Assembly (NCBI GenBank): GCA_030167865.1
Contig: JALAGF010004138.1
Location: forward strand, 1-44,740
Length of the DNA stretch: 44,740 bases
Origin: Craspedostauros australis
Taxonomy: Eukaryota
Direction of reading: 5' to 3'
The position numbers and the translations under genes were made by a program. Shown here one piece after another: positions 9,737-20,670 of the stretch. The notes below the pieces were generated by a model. It was not told the origin of the DNA. It made no database searches and saw only the letters and a list, made by a program, of their open reading frames with translations. How positions within the stretch are numbered: the first letter of the stretch is position 1; each line of letters opens with the position of its first letter.

Positions 9737-12673
9737 TCAGTAAATCTCTCTGGCAACAGAAACACGATCATCGCTCGATCGCGACGTCCTGCTCTCGGGG
9801 ATTCGCAATTCCGTCATCATGTCAGCGTACTCGGAAACCGTGGCTTTGTCCACTCGCTGTTCTCGCTGTCTCACCAACTCCATGCGCCGCGCACGAATGT
9901 TTCGCAACCTGGAGTTCATTTCCTGATTCATCTTGGCGACCGTATCCAACGTGCGATAGGATTGCATGGTGATCTCGCTGATGGTGTCGGATGAGTTGAC
10001 CCGTCCGAGCTGCAGTTGCGCGTCGGTAGTGTTGTTGTTGATGTGGTGACGTGGATTCGTCAAACGTCGTCCAGCGGAAACACTTCTTTCCGACTTCGTG
10101 ACATCGATGGTCCTTCTTCGTCTTAAGTCGATTGGTGTCTTTTGAGCGCTGCTGTTGTTGTTGCTATTGCTGGTGCTTCTGTTGCTGCGGATGATACTGT
10201 CGTGAATGGTCATCAGTCTGTCTTCAGGCTTCATAAATGTGGTGGATATCTGATCAGGGTCTTCGATGGTGATGATATCAATGCTGCGCGATGGCGATGA
10301 CTGCGCCGGCAACTGCGATGTGGAGATAGTCACAACTTGCTTTGGTTCCTGCTGCCGTTGTTGCCCATGAGCATGTTCGTAGTGTGCGATTTCGATAGGT
10401 TCGGCCCATCTTGGCGGAGTGGGGACTGGCGCTTCGGCTCTGACGGCATCGATGACAGCCTCTTGCTGAGTTGGGTTCGTGGAGGATGCGATTTGCAGGC
10501 TCTCTTCTCTCGATTCAATCCGATGCCCCACCGGTGTGATGCCGGGAATGTTGGCCGTTGGGGCTTCACACGATGGTGGATCCAATTGCTTGGGGTCCAT
10601 GCTGTGATGCTGGACTTCCTGAACTTCACCTTGCGCATCGTCACCAAAAATGTAGTCGGTGAGATCGATGACTTCTGGGCCAGTCATCACCGAGGCGGCA
10701 GGCAGTGGTTTCGGCACATCGTCTTGACTCTGCTTTGGCGGTGTTGGTGCCTCCTCCGGTGTTGCTGGTTCTGATGGCGTTTCGTGGACAGAGATCTCGC
10801 ATAGCTCAGGGATGGCCTTGGTCTCCATATGCGCGCTACTATCGCTAGGTTCCTGACTTTGGAATGCAGAGATCGACTTTGTAGCCGGTGGGTCCTTGGC
10901 GGGCGGGTCCATGCGAATGTGTTCTTTGGGAACAAGGTCAACCACGGGGGCAGGCTCCGTTCCCTGATCTGTCTCTGTGGTCGGTGGGCTACTTGCTGGT
11001 TCTAGTTCGGATTCTGAAGTCTTGGAGGATGCGCGAGCACTTGAATCCATCGCGGCAGATGATGCGTGCTCGATGGTTTCGCCGATCAGATCGCTGTGGC
11101 AGTCGCTGACATCCTGGGCAGACGCTGGTTCCTTGGCATCATGTGTTGCTCTCTCGTGCTCGGCGACGGCAACAGCAGCAAGAGGATGTGACGTGAGAGC
11201 ATCGTCGATGTCCACCTGGGTTCCGCGAACCATTTGTGCATCGGTAGTTTCGTGTGGCAGAGCGTGGTCAGTTAGTATGACAGTGATTTCGTTGGTTGTA
11301 TCTGCGTCTGCGTCTGCATCGGCCATTGTCATTGCCGCTGGCGGTTCTTTGGACGCTGATGCCGCCGCCTTCGTTTCTGCCACCGTCTTCAAGACTGGAT
11401 CGACGACTCCTTCGAGCACACCTGTGGCCTTCCTAGCGTCTTCAGTAGGTCCCGGTTGCTTCACGGCATCCACTGAGGAATTGTGACTTGATACAGCGTC
11501 AAACTGGGAGGTTGAGCTTGATCGTTCAGATTTCGCGACAGTTTCATCGGCTTGCGGGTCTGTTGATTTTGGAGATTCGTGTCCTGTGCTCGTATTGGTG
11601 CTTGCATTCATGCTCGCGTTGGAAGTGGCTTCCTCGCTCTTACTCGTAGTTCGTGTGGCCTTTGTATCCGCCTTGGACTTCGGTGTGCACATCTTCCGCC
11701 GCGATCTCTTTCTGCGAGACCTCGGGCTGACAGCCAGATTCTGCTGCTGTCCGTCTTCGCTGTTCTGCTCCAGTTTCGAGATCCGCTTCTTGCGTCTGCG
11801 GAAGCTCCGCCTCACGCGGTTCGTGTGGCGATCGCCTTCCTCTTCTTCCTCTCCAAGGAAGTAGCTGATGACTGCTTCGTTGTCATTGGCCTGGGTCGGA
11901 GTCTGTGGCGATTTCGGAGAACCCTTTGGGGCGACCTTGTTGCCCTTCGTTGCACCGTCTCCCTTTCGCGTCGGGGAGCCATCGTGTTTCTTCTGACCGG
12001 AGCGACAGCGTGGAGGCTTGGAGTTGGGGCGAGCTGGGGACGTGGTCTTTGATGCGGTGGTTCCGTCTTGGCTTGCATTCGTTTGCTGTGCTGACCCGCC
12101 GGCCGATGTTGAGTCCTGTGTCGATGCCTTGGGGTGGCGCTCTTGGCTTGCAGAATGTCTGGGAGCAGCGGTTGCGTTTGCCTTGTCTTGGAACGAGCTG
12201 AGATCGACGCGTTTGATGTCTTCGCCGCCATCTTTCTTGCCAATGTTGCGGCCACACTCGCGGTGAACCTCTACATCATCTACCTTGGTGCGTTTGTCAC
12301 CCTTCGTGCTGCCTTTCTTGCCATCGTACTTCTCCAGGTACATTTTGGCAGATGCGCTGCCATCAACGTCGCCATCGTCGCCGTTGCCACCAGGACGGGC
12401 GTTGCTCTGAGCGTAGTCCCGGATGCGTTGACGAAGCCGCTCGGAGGGATCCTCTGGTGACCCACCACTGAACAGTGTGGTCTTCGAATCCCATGTCATT
12501 TTGGAGAAGCTTGTCGCCACGTCCCATCTGAGATCGTAGTCATCCAGCACGCATGCCCACAACGGATCACAAATTGATCCGGACTGCTGCGGCATGACAC
12601 TGACTGTGGCATCGGCACTCCTGCCGCTGAACGTATCAGCGGCCTTCAGATCATCCCAGTGTGGATCACTCAT
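9737..12673 (-). CDS. Hypothetical low-complexity protein (978 aa)
   Basis: Long ATG-initiated ORF with an N-terminal CDPLWACVLDDYDLRW patch, basic clusters (RRSFRRRKKR), SIM-like VIDLTD and IDIITIED, and a helical C-terminal segment. Confidence 0.8.
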   Translation of the reverse strand: MSDPHWDDLKAADTFSGRSADATVSVMPQQSGSICDPLWACVLDDYDLRWDVATSFSKMTWDSKTTLFSGGSPEDPSERLRQRIRDYAQSNARPGGNGDDGDVDGSASAKMYLEKYDGKKGSTKGDKRTKVDDVEVHRECGRNIGKKDGGEDIKRVDLSSFQDKANATAAPRHSASQERHPKASTQDSTSAGGSAQQTNASQDGTTASKTTSPARPNSKPPRCRSGQKKHDGSPTRKGDGATKGNKVAPKGSPKSPQTPTQANDNEAVISYFLGEEEEEGDRHTNRVRRSFRRRKKRISKLEQNSEDGQQQNLAVSPRSRRKRSRRKMCTPKSKADTKATRTTSKSEEATSNASMNASTNTSTGHESPKSTDPQADETVAKSERSSSTSQFDAVSSHNSSVDAVKQPGPTEDARKATGVLEGVVDPVLKTVAETKAAASASKEPPAAMTMADADADADTTNEITVILTDHALPHETTDAQMVRGTQVDIDDALTSHPLAAVAVAEHERATHDAKEPASAQDVSDCHSDLIGETIEHASSAAMDSSARASSKTSESELEPASSPPTTETDQGTEPAPVVDLVPKEHIRMDPPAKDPPATKSISAFQSQEPSDSSAHMETKAIPELCEISVHETPSEPATPEEAPTPPKQSQDDVPKPLPAASVMTGPEVIDLTDYIFGDDAQGEVQEVQHHSMDPKQLDPPSCEAPTANIPGITPVGHRIESREESLQIASSTNPTQQEAVIDAVRAEAPVPTPPRWAEPIEIAHYEHAHGQQRQQEPKQVVTISTSQLPAQSSPSRSIDIITIEDPDQISTTFMKPEDRLMTIHDSIIRSNRSTSNSNNNSSAQKTPIDLRRRRTIDVTKSERSVSAGRRLTNPRHHINNNTTDAQLQLGRVNSSDTISEITMQSYRTLDTVAKMNQEMNSRLRNIRARRMELVRQREQRVDKATVSEYADMMTELRIPESRTSRSSDDRVSVAREIY

Positions 12674-12797
12674 GGTTGTCTATTGTGAGCTCGGCCACCA
12701 CGGCTCTTTGTTGGTGCTATGATATATCTGTCCTTTTGATTTTTGCAATGGCACAAGGGTGCGTGAAATCGCAGTTTGGACAGATGCCGACGTTGCC

Positions 12798-12839
12798 GTC
12801 GTCGTCGTCGTCTTTGCTATTGTTGTTGTTGTTGTTGTT
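12798..12839. repeat. (GTC)n and (TTG)n trinucleotide microsatellites
   Basis: gtcgtcgtcgtcgtc...ttgttgttgttgttgttgtt, upstream of the 12673 ATG on the minus strand. Confidence 0.8.
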
Positions 12840-13805
12840 ACTTTTTACCTCGTTTTCTCTGATTTGGCTTTGGATGGCGATTTGTTTGTGTTGGTGCCGC
12901 TTTTGGATGAGGGTCGTTGTGCTGCCGTTGTTGCACCGTGTTGTTGACTTGCTGGTGCGTTGTCTCTCTGCTGTTTTCTGGAGTGTTGTGTCGTGGTGCG
13001 CAATGTATCCTCCAATCTGATCTCACTGTTCCCCATCACAGCAGCGCATCTCCGACCGAAACAGCACCACGGATGGTTTGGGTGCGCATCAGGTGATAAA
13101 CACGCGCGATAATGTGGGCGTTGGATTTGCGTTGTTAGGTGGGGACCGACGGTTGAATTGGAAACTAACGCATGTATCCGCGCCAACGTATTGATTAATA
13201 ACCGTAACCGTTACATTGAAGTTCATTGTAAATTTATCGTGGCAGTCTTGTGCGACATTTCAGTGCGCGAACTTCGGTTGTGATGGGCTTGTTTTTGCGA
13301 AGAATTCCATCGGAAGTCCGTCTCGGAGGAGATGGCGACGTAGTCCGCGAATGAATCACGAAAGTTCATGACCGGATGTATCTGAGTGGATTTCAGATGT
13401 CTGTCCACCCACCCGCATGCTGATGCAGAATGGCAACCACGATCACATCAAACACCAATCTTTGGCGTTTTCACAGGGGACCCAAAAACGAGAAAATCAG
13501 CAATGACGACCATCGACGACGGCAACAGCGGCAACGGTGGTGGGGGATGGTGGTCGTGTTGGTGGGAGCCCAAGGATGCTCTCATTGCCCCTTTTGTCGA
13601 CATAGAAGAAGGAAAGGAAAGGAAAGGACAGAAGAGGATCCATTGACTTCGGCTGTGCCTCGATTCCCGAGCTGATAATCACAAGTCGATCATTCGAGAG
13701 ACATCATCCACCCACCGAAGGGCTAATACGGATACATACCCGTCCAGATAGTCGTGCTACTCGTGCCGGGGCAGAGCAGCGACCCACATCTGATCCTTGT
13801 AGATC

Positions 13806-15626
13806 ATGGCACCACAACCAGCAAAGCTCTTGGATCCGAAGGAAGGTATCGAGTTCGATGCTCTGCCATGGAACTTGAACCTGCCCGAGGAGATCAGCTA
13901 CCTGCACCTGACGACCACGGATGAATGGACGAAGGATCATTACGATCTCGAGTCCGATACAGGCAGCATTTTCGATTCCTTGTATTCCTACAAGGACAGG
14001 ACATTGCCGCTCACCCCATCGACGACCTCGCTCAACTATGGTACGACGATCTGGGAGGGATTGAAGTGCTACCGCAAGAAGGATGGATCGGCCGTCGTCT
14101 TTCGTCCCGACCGAAACTTCGAGCGATTCTCCAACGGAGCCGAGCAGATGTGTCTCCCCAAGCCAAGCAAGGAGCTCTTCCTCAAAGGCGTGCAGCACGC
14201 CCTGCAGCAGAATTCTCACGTCATTCCGCCAAATGGTGAGGGAATGAAGCTGTACGTTCGTCCCATGCTGATGGGCAGCGGTCAACAGTTGGGATTGTAT
14301 CCGTCCCCAGAGTTCAGCCTGCTATTTTACGTTTCTCCGACGGTACGTCCCACACATGGTGATGTGATACCTCATTTCTGCTGCAAACGATGAGCGCAGG
14401 CAGCTGCGCTTTGCACTATTGAACCAAACAGAAAGAATGATTGGACGATGGATTGCTTCGTGTGCCCTCGCCTGGAGCATACCAGTGGCTGTCTGATTGA
14501 GGAGTACATCATTTTGACGCGCATGGTATATCCTGATGCGACTTGTGCGCCGCTTGCGCATGCAATACGCTCTGTTCTCAATTCAGTTCTTTGGCCCTAC
14601 TCGCACTCTGTTCTAATTCCAATGCTCTGATCGCACCCAATATCATGCGTGCACTTCACTGGCATTTACGCCTTCCTTTCCATTCGCTACACAGGGTAAT
14701 TACTTCAAGAATGCCACCGGCGGCCTCAACCTCCACCTCGAGACCAGACGTTCCCGCGCAGCACGTGGAGGCCTTGGCAATGTCAAGTGCAGCGGCAACT
14801 ACGCCGTTGCGTTGAAACCACTCCTGGATGCCAAGAAGCAAGGCTTCCATGACAACCTCTTCCTTGAGCTGGAGACTTTCAAGGAGGGTTCATTGGAAAC
14901 GGCCATTCTGCAGGAGATGTCCGCTGCCAACGTCTTCTTCGTCATGAAGACGGGCGAGATTGTCACGCCATCACTGGATCGCAAGACGATCCTGCCAGGC
15001 GTGACGCGGGACTCCGTCATCACGTTGGTGCAAGAGTTCAAGCATGACCTGAAGGCCGCCATCAAGGAGAGCACAGGACAGGACAACATCACGGTCTGCT
15101 CGCGGGATGTCACTGTTGGGGAATTGAAGGATGCGACTGAAGGTAAGACTTCGATGATATGAGAGTATGTTGCGATGCGGACGTGAAACATTGCATGATT
15201 GTGGCAGCATCAATGTTCAGGGGTGCGCGTGATACATCTAAAGATGGAGCACAACACAGCTCTCTCCCCAACTGACCCGCACTTTCTTTCCTTTCTCTTC
15301 CTCTCACTCATTCTACCATGGTTGACACCGCCGTTGACCGTCAACCCTTGGTTTGTTCATCATCGACATGCTCCATTCTATTATTCTATCACGTAGCCTT
15401 CTGCACCGGAACAGCTGCCGAGCTTGTGCCAATCGCCAGACTTGCGACTGGAGAAGGCGAGGAGGCCTTCGAGAGAGTCTTCCCACACGGCCAGAAGTTG
15501 GCAGGTCCAGTGACATCTGCCCTCCTCGGTTTGCTGCGACAAGTCATGGTCGGAGACAAGGGCACCGATGCCACCAAGGATTGGCTCCGCGATCCATTTG
15601 CTCCACCTTCCGAATTTTGCAAGTAG
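13806..15626 (+). CDS. BCAT: Branched-chain amino acid aminotransferase (PLP fold type IV), 3 exons
   Basis: Exons 13806-14342, 14695-15142 and 15397-15626, joined by GT-AG introns in consistent phase. Motifs: LNYGTTIWEGLKCY, FRPDRNFERF, LYVRP, SPT|GNYF, GLGNVKCSGNY (PLP lysine), EMSAANVF, ILPGVTRDS, EAFCTGTAA. Confidence 0.95.
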
Positions 15627-15822
15627 AGGAGCATGACGCAGTCGCAACAGCCACATTGGCAATGATGGCAAACACACAACACTGACGGCCTTTTGCTCTA
15701 CTCTATACCGATCTGTTTACTCGACAGGAACTATCATACTCCACTCTAGAGAGAGCGAAGCAGGATCAATGCATGATCAAAGAAGCTCAAGCTGCCACCT
15801 ATCACACGTCAATACTCTCTCC

Positions 15823-15842
15823 AGAGAGAGAGAGAGAGAGAG
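15823..15842. repeat. (AG)10 microsatellite
   Basis: Read directly, downstream of the BCAT stop. Confidence 0.9.
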
Positions 15843-16741
15843 AAAGACATTCATCCAATAGCATTCCTGCCAATACATGATCGTACCTATTATGTGCACA
15901 TGTTCATAGTATGTATTGTATCACACCACCACCTCCGCTGCCTAGCTAGATGGATTGACTGGTTACACAGAATCATGAGAGAGCATCTGGTCTGATGAGC
16001 GTGGGGCCATTGATCGCCCGCTCACGCGCATCGCGACAATCGGAATGGATGGTCTCGTCATCGCCGAAGTAGCGAAATCGCGAGTCGTGTATAATGCGCT
16101 CGCGAGGTGCGCGACACACAGTTCATGTGTTTGGCGTTGAAACGGCTCGTGCACGAAACAACAGTTATATTGACGTTATTGATAGCCCAACGCACGGACG
16201 ACCAACCCAACCGCAACAATTTGCAGACGATTTGGCGGAAGGTTGCGCCGAGATTCTCTGAAACTTTGGCTGGTTGCTGCGGCGGTACTGCCACATCCGA
16301 ACGATCGCCTCGAGTGGGGAAGCGGATGCGCGAGAATAAAGCAGCACTTCGCACATGATCGACACTCACAGGTGCCGCACTCCAACCGACAGGTTTGAAT
16401 CAGAGAAGACAGCGACACCAACCACACGCCCCAACGTCGTTCGACATTGTTCAACACCATCCAACCAAGAGGGGCAACTCGACAGTCAGGCACAAAGGGA
16501 GGCGAGAAGGAAAGTAACCGGCGGAGACTACATTCAACCCAAAGCGAAGTCCCTCAACTTTCATTGCGCATCCATTGCGCAATCGAGTAGGCATCTTTTA
16601 CAAGAGGTGAACCTCACCGAGATTTGCACTTCACATCATATTTCAAGTACATCAGGGTGCACTTCACTCCACTCCTCCTGTTCCACTCCCCAACACTCTG
16701 CTATCATTCATCTCGCAGCGACCCATGGACATTTGAGCACC

Positions 16742-19700
16742 ATGTCAACCAACGCAGAATCTGAAGCGTTCCTTGACCCAGTTTGGGCATACCTTCTCAA
16801 CGACCGGCTTCCGCAGCAGCAGGAGCCACAGCAGCAGCAGGTGAACAGCAGGCGAAGCAAGAGACAGAGCGAGCTGAAGCGCGTCATCGAGACTGAGAAG
16901 AAGGAGCAGAAGACCACATCGGCCTGGGATTCTTGGTTCATGGAGGATGACGACGACAATGATCAGCAAGACGATGCCGACTCCACGGACAGCGACGATG
17001 CACGCGATGATACCACCCACCGGAGATCGGAGATTGGCACAGACTCGTCCGTGCAGGCATTCCGTGGCAGCGACTCTCGCGTCATTATCACATCAAGACG
17101 ACCCACGGAGGACGCAACACTCGACAGCAGCAAGCCATCAAAGAGCTGGGGACCTTTTAGCAGGGGCAAGAGGAACAACAGCCGTCAGTTGAAACAGCCA
17201 AAGAGAAGCGGAGACGGGAGCCAGAAGGCGGATGGCAGCGAGAGGGGTTCGCAATCACAACAAACCCCTTCGACAACAGCATCGATCACTGACAACGGCA
17301 CGACAGCAAGCTCCGCACGTTCTGAACAAGTCTCAGAGAACAGCATCGTCGACAAGAAGTCCAAGAACGGCAAGAGACGTGGCCTGCTAAGAAAGACACT
17401 TTGCCTGTCTCCTCGGAGGATCAAGGAAGGCAGCAAGGAGGGAGATTTGAGGAACACAGAATCGGAAGACATCATCCTGGCTCCCACCCGCGATATTCGT
17501 CTGGATGAAGACTACTCACAGCAACGACAGGTGCGCTACACCCAACGGCAGCAGCCACAACTGGTGCCTCTATCAGACGGTGCAAGTAACGCTCGCCCGT
17601 CGAGCCGGGGCAGGAGATCCGCTGATCTTGCAAACAGCGACCTCAATGAAAGCACCCGGCCGAAGTACATCGATCCCTTCTCCATCATCTTCGGCAAGAC
17701 TGGAGTGGACAGTCCGTGGGCTGGATCCGAAACAGAATCTGACGGAGAAGATGCTGTGTCACGATTCTCGGACGCAGAAGCTGTGCGAACTCGATACAAA
17801 GAGGATGATGAAAGAGACCAAGACTCTGCGACAGAAACGTCGGTCACCGATAGCAACTTCACGGAGATCCGGCTGACCCACACGCCGAGAAAAGAACCGG
17901 TGCCTTCGTTCTCGTATGGCGATACAACCGACGAGAGTGATGGCGATGGCGATGAATACGATGAAAGTACAGAAGGATCTACCGACGACGATCGAGATGA
18001 TAGCGAGGAATATCAAACCCGCCAAGCTCAAATTCGACCCGCCACAAACGATGTGCCTGTGAGACATGCAAGGCAGTATCTCGAGAATGCCTCTCGACGG
18101 CGGGCGGCAAGATCCCGTATCATGGCCAACCAAGTCTCGACCGGCCGCACTGATGTGGAGAACGGCACAGCGAGGCCGTACGATAATGACCCCGACCAAC
18201 AGGCGCCGTTTCAGGCTTTGGGTGCTCTGGGCGATGAAATTAGCGAGGTGGCAGCATCGGATGAAGACGAGCCGGCGACTACAACTGACCGGGGCCGTGG
18301 CACACACTCGAGGACTGCAAATGAGAAGGCCACACCAACTTCGCGCTCGGCGTTGACGCAGGATAGCGATCCTGTCCAATCAGACCAACCAGTGTCCAGG
18401 AAAACGAAATTGAAGCAAAAGAGTCAGGTTCTTCTGAAGAAACTGGCGTGCTGGTCGCACAAGCCTCGGGACACTGGATTTGAAGGATCCATTCCCGACC
18501 TCGAAGAAGTGGGGAGCTTGCTGCCGAGGTCGAGAGTCATCCCCGACGATGACGCGGAACAGGCGTCGCTGGTGACCAGTCACAGCAACACTTACAGCGC
18601 TGTTCCCTCGTCCAAGATCCTGGAATCCAAGGGACCACAGTCAGTGTACGACTATGACTACGGGACGGAGGAACATCTCGCCTCTGTGTACACGGAGTTC
18701 AACCGATCGCCAAGGACCGATATTTCCACCTGGAAGTTTTCCGCACCACCCAAGGCATCGGAAGAGGGTGAGATGCCGACTGTGGTGATCCAAGTTGAGG
18801 TGAGCGCAATGATCAATGAACAAGCGAGTATCGAGCAGCAGAGTGAGGCACTTTACGGTGCTTTTCATCCCCCATAGGTCTGTCATCGCTGATTGTCGAT
18901 GATTGTTGTCGAGTATTGTTACTACCCTCTTTGCTATTCTTTGCTTATTTTTGCCAACTTCATCGCTGTTCATGACGCAACGATTGATGTATCATTGTTC
19001 TCATTCAATGCACGATGCTGACACCTACTGTACCACGGCACATTCTGTGTTACACGACGTGCACGAAACACCGCAAAAACCAAAACCCGTCCATCCATCC
19101 ACTTTCACTCATCCGTTTTCATCCATCCATCCATTTTCACCCATTGGCATAGGCTTCGACTGTGTCTGAGACAGACTGCATCATCCGACGCGGGCAGTGG
19201 CCTGGACAGAACGCGCCGACGGTCCCCGCTTCTCCTGGGGTGGATATCGTGGGCAGAATCTTTGACATCTCACCATCCGTCGCCATGGAGTACGGATTGA
19301 AGCGATGGCAGACAGTCATGGCATTGACAAAATGCGGCGGCAACGCAAGATTCATCAAATTGCACCCCGCATCGCTAGTCAACGTCCCGCCGAGCCTGGA
19401 TCCCGCCGAAGTAGTGTGCCTGGCGGAGACTTACCTCACCGCCTTCCAAGTACTGCATTTCGGCCAGAGAGGCACCGCGCGATACAAGAACACATCGCTG
19501 AAGGGAAAATCCGTCCTGATCGTCGGCGCCATGTCGAATAACCTTGGCAAGGCCATGATTGATCTCGCTACCAATGCCAATGCGGCAGTCATCTACGCCA
19601 CGGCAAAGAAGAAGCATTGGAAGACTCTAGCTGCGTTGGGCGCCATCCCGTTGGACCAGGAAGAATCCGAATGGATCACTCGCTTGGAGGAATCGATGGA

Positions 19701-20136
19701 CCTTGTGTTGGCAACGAACGGTGCCAATCGCGAAGACGTGTCGACGTTGCATATGAAGGCACTGCGCCCCAAGGCGGGACATCTGATCGTCTGTGGACAT
19801 CGCGTGGCGGATACTGATATTCCTGTTGGGGAATGGAAGGAACGCAAGCCGATGCAATTGAGCTGGCCGAAGCAAAATAGCTCGACGCAGTGGTTGCATT
19901 ACACGCACGGCTACGATGTGTTTGACCAATGGGATACCAAGCTCGACGTGTGCCAGGCGGATTTGAAGCATCTACTGCAGCTCCTGGCGGAGGGCGCGAT
20001 CAAACCGTATGTGCTGGATCGCATCCCGCTCACCAAGGTGCCCAAGGCGCAGGAAGTCTTGGACTCCAAACGTTTGGCTGGGCACCTGGTGTGTGAGCCA
20101 TGGCTGAAGAGTAAGAGACGGGCTGTTGGTTTGTAG
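16742..20136 (+). CDS. MDR-superfamily (non-zinc, quinone oxidoreductase/VAT-1-like) oxidoreductase with a ~640-aa disordered N-terminal extension, 2 exons
   Basis: Exons 16742-18799 and 19153-20136 (intron GTGAGC...CATAG, phase 0) give VVIQVE|ASTVSETDCIIRRG...SPGVDIVGRI...GGNARF...VPPSLDPAEVVCLAETYLTAFQVLH...SVLIVGA...IKPYVLDRIPL. This matches the GroES-like plus Rossmann MDR layout. Confidence 0.88.
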
Positions 20137-20670
20137 GAGCAAGTGAAACAAAGCCAAGGCCAAGGACAGATCAACGCAGCTCATGACGGCATACGCACGT
20201 GAGCATGAAAACATAGATGCAGAGCTGCGCACGCGAAGGCAAGGTCCACATGGTAGGTGATGGGAGAGACATTGGCATTGATGTGTGTAGAAAAGTGGGG
20301 AATAGAGAGCACAAGTGCAGAGAGTACTCCATTGGAAACAAATTGGGAGAATCGAATCAATCAAGTTCTACTGCACTCATTCAAGCAGTCTGGAGAGTGA
20401 CGCGGTTGTAAACTCCCTTGAGGACATCTTTGGAAAATCAGTGAATAGGTCCAATCTTAGCAATAGGGAAGTACCACACTCCATCTTTCCCGAGGACGTT
20501 CGATCGTCAAACCATGTGATTTCATCAACATGGAACTGCACTACTTTCGCATCACAATCCAAGCCAAGACACCGCACTTTCTGACAGAGCGGGTCAGTCC
20601 GTTGAGGATGAATACCCTACGCATAGTACGAGCATTTTGTGAACGCTGGATGAACATTTTACTCTACAGC

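Noticed and set aside
13503-13646. Short Trp-rich ORF (MTTIDDGNSGNGGGGWWSCWW...) upstream of BCAT, and an acceptor-like TGTAG just before the BCAT ATG
   Set aside because: No convincing donor links it to BCAT, and there is no homology I can recognise. It could be a uORF, but that is unsupported.
16355-16741. ORF-track N-terminal extension of the MDR fusion gene; similar extensions at 25781-26119, 32713-32808, 40373-40537 and 41918-42208
   Set aside because: These read like CA-rich 5' UTR or promoter sequence, and several begin at non-ATG codons. Downstream ATGs give coherent N-termini, for example the signal peptide at 42209.
20377-20577. Protein-like 66-aa minus-strand ORF in the MDR/kinase spacer
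   Set aside because: GTG start, short and with no recognisable domain. It lies in the probable 3' UTR of kinase paralog 1.
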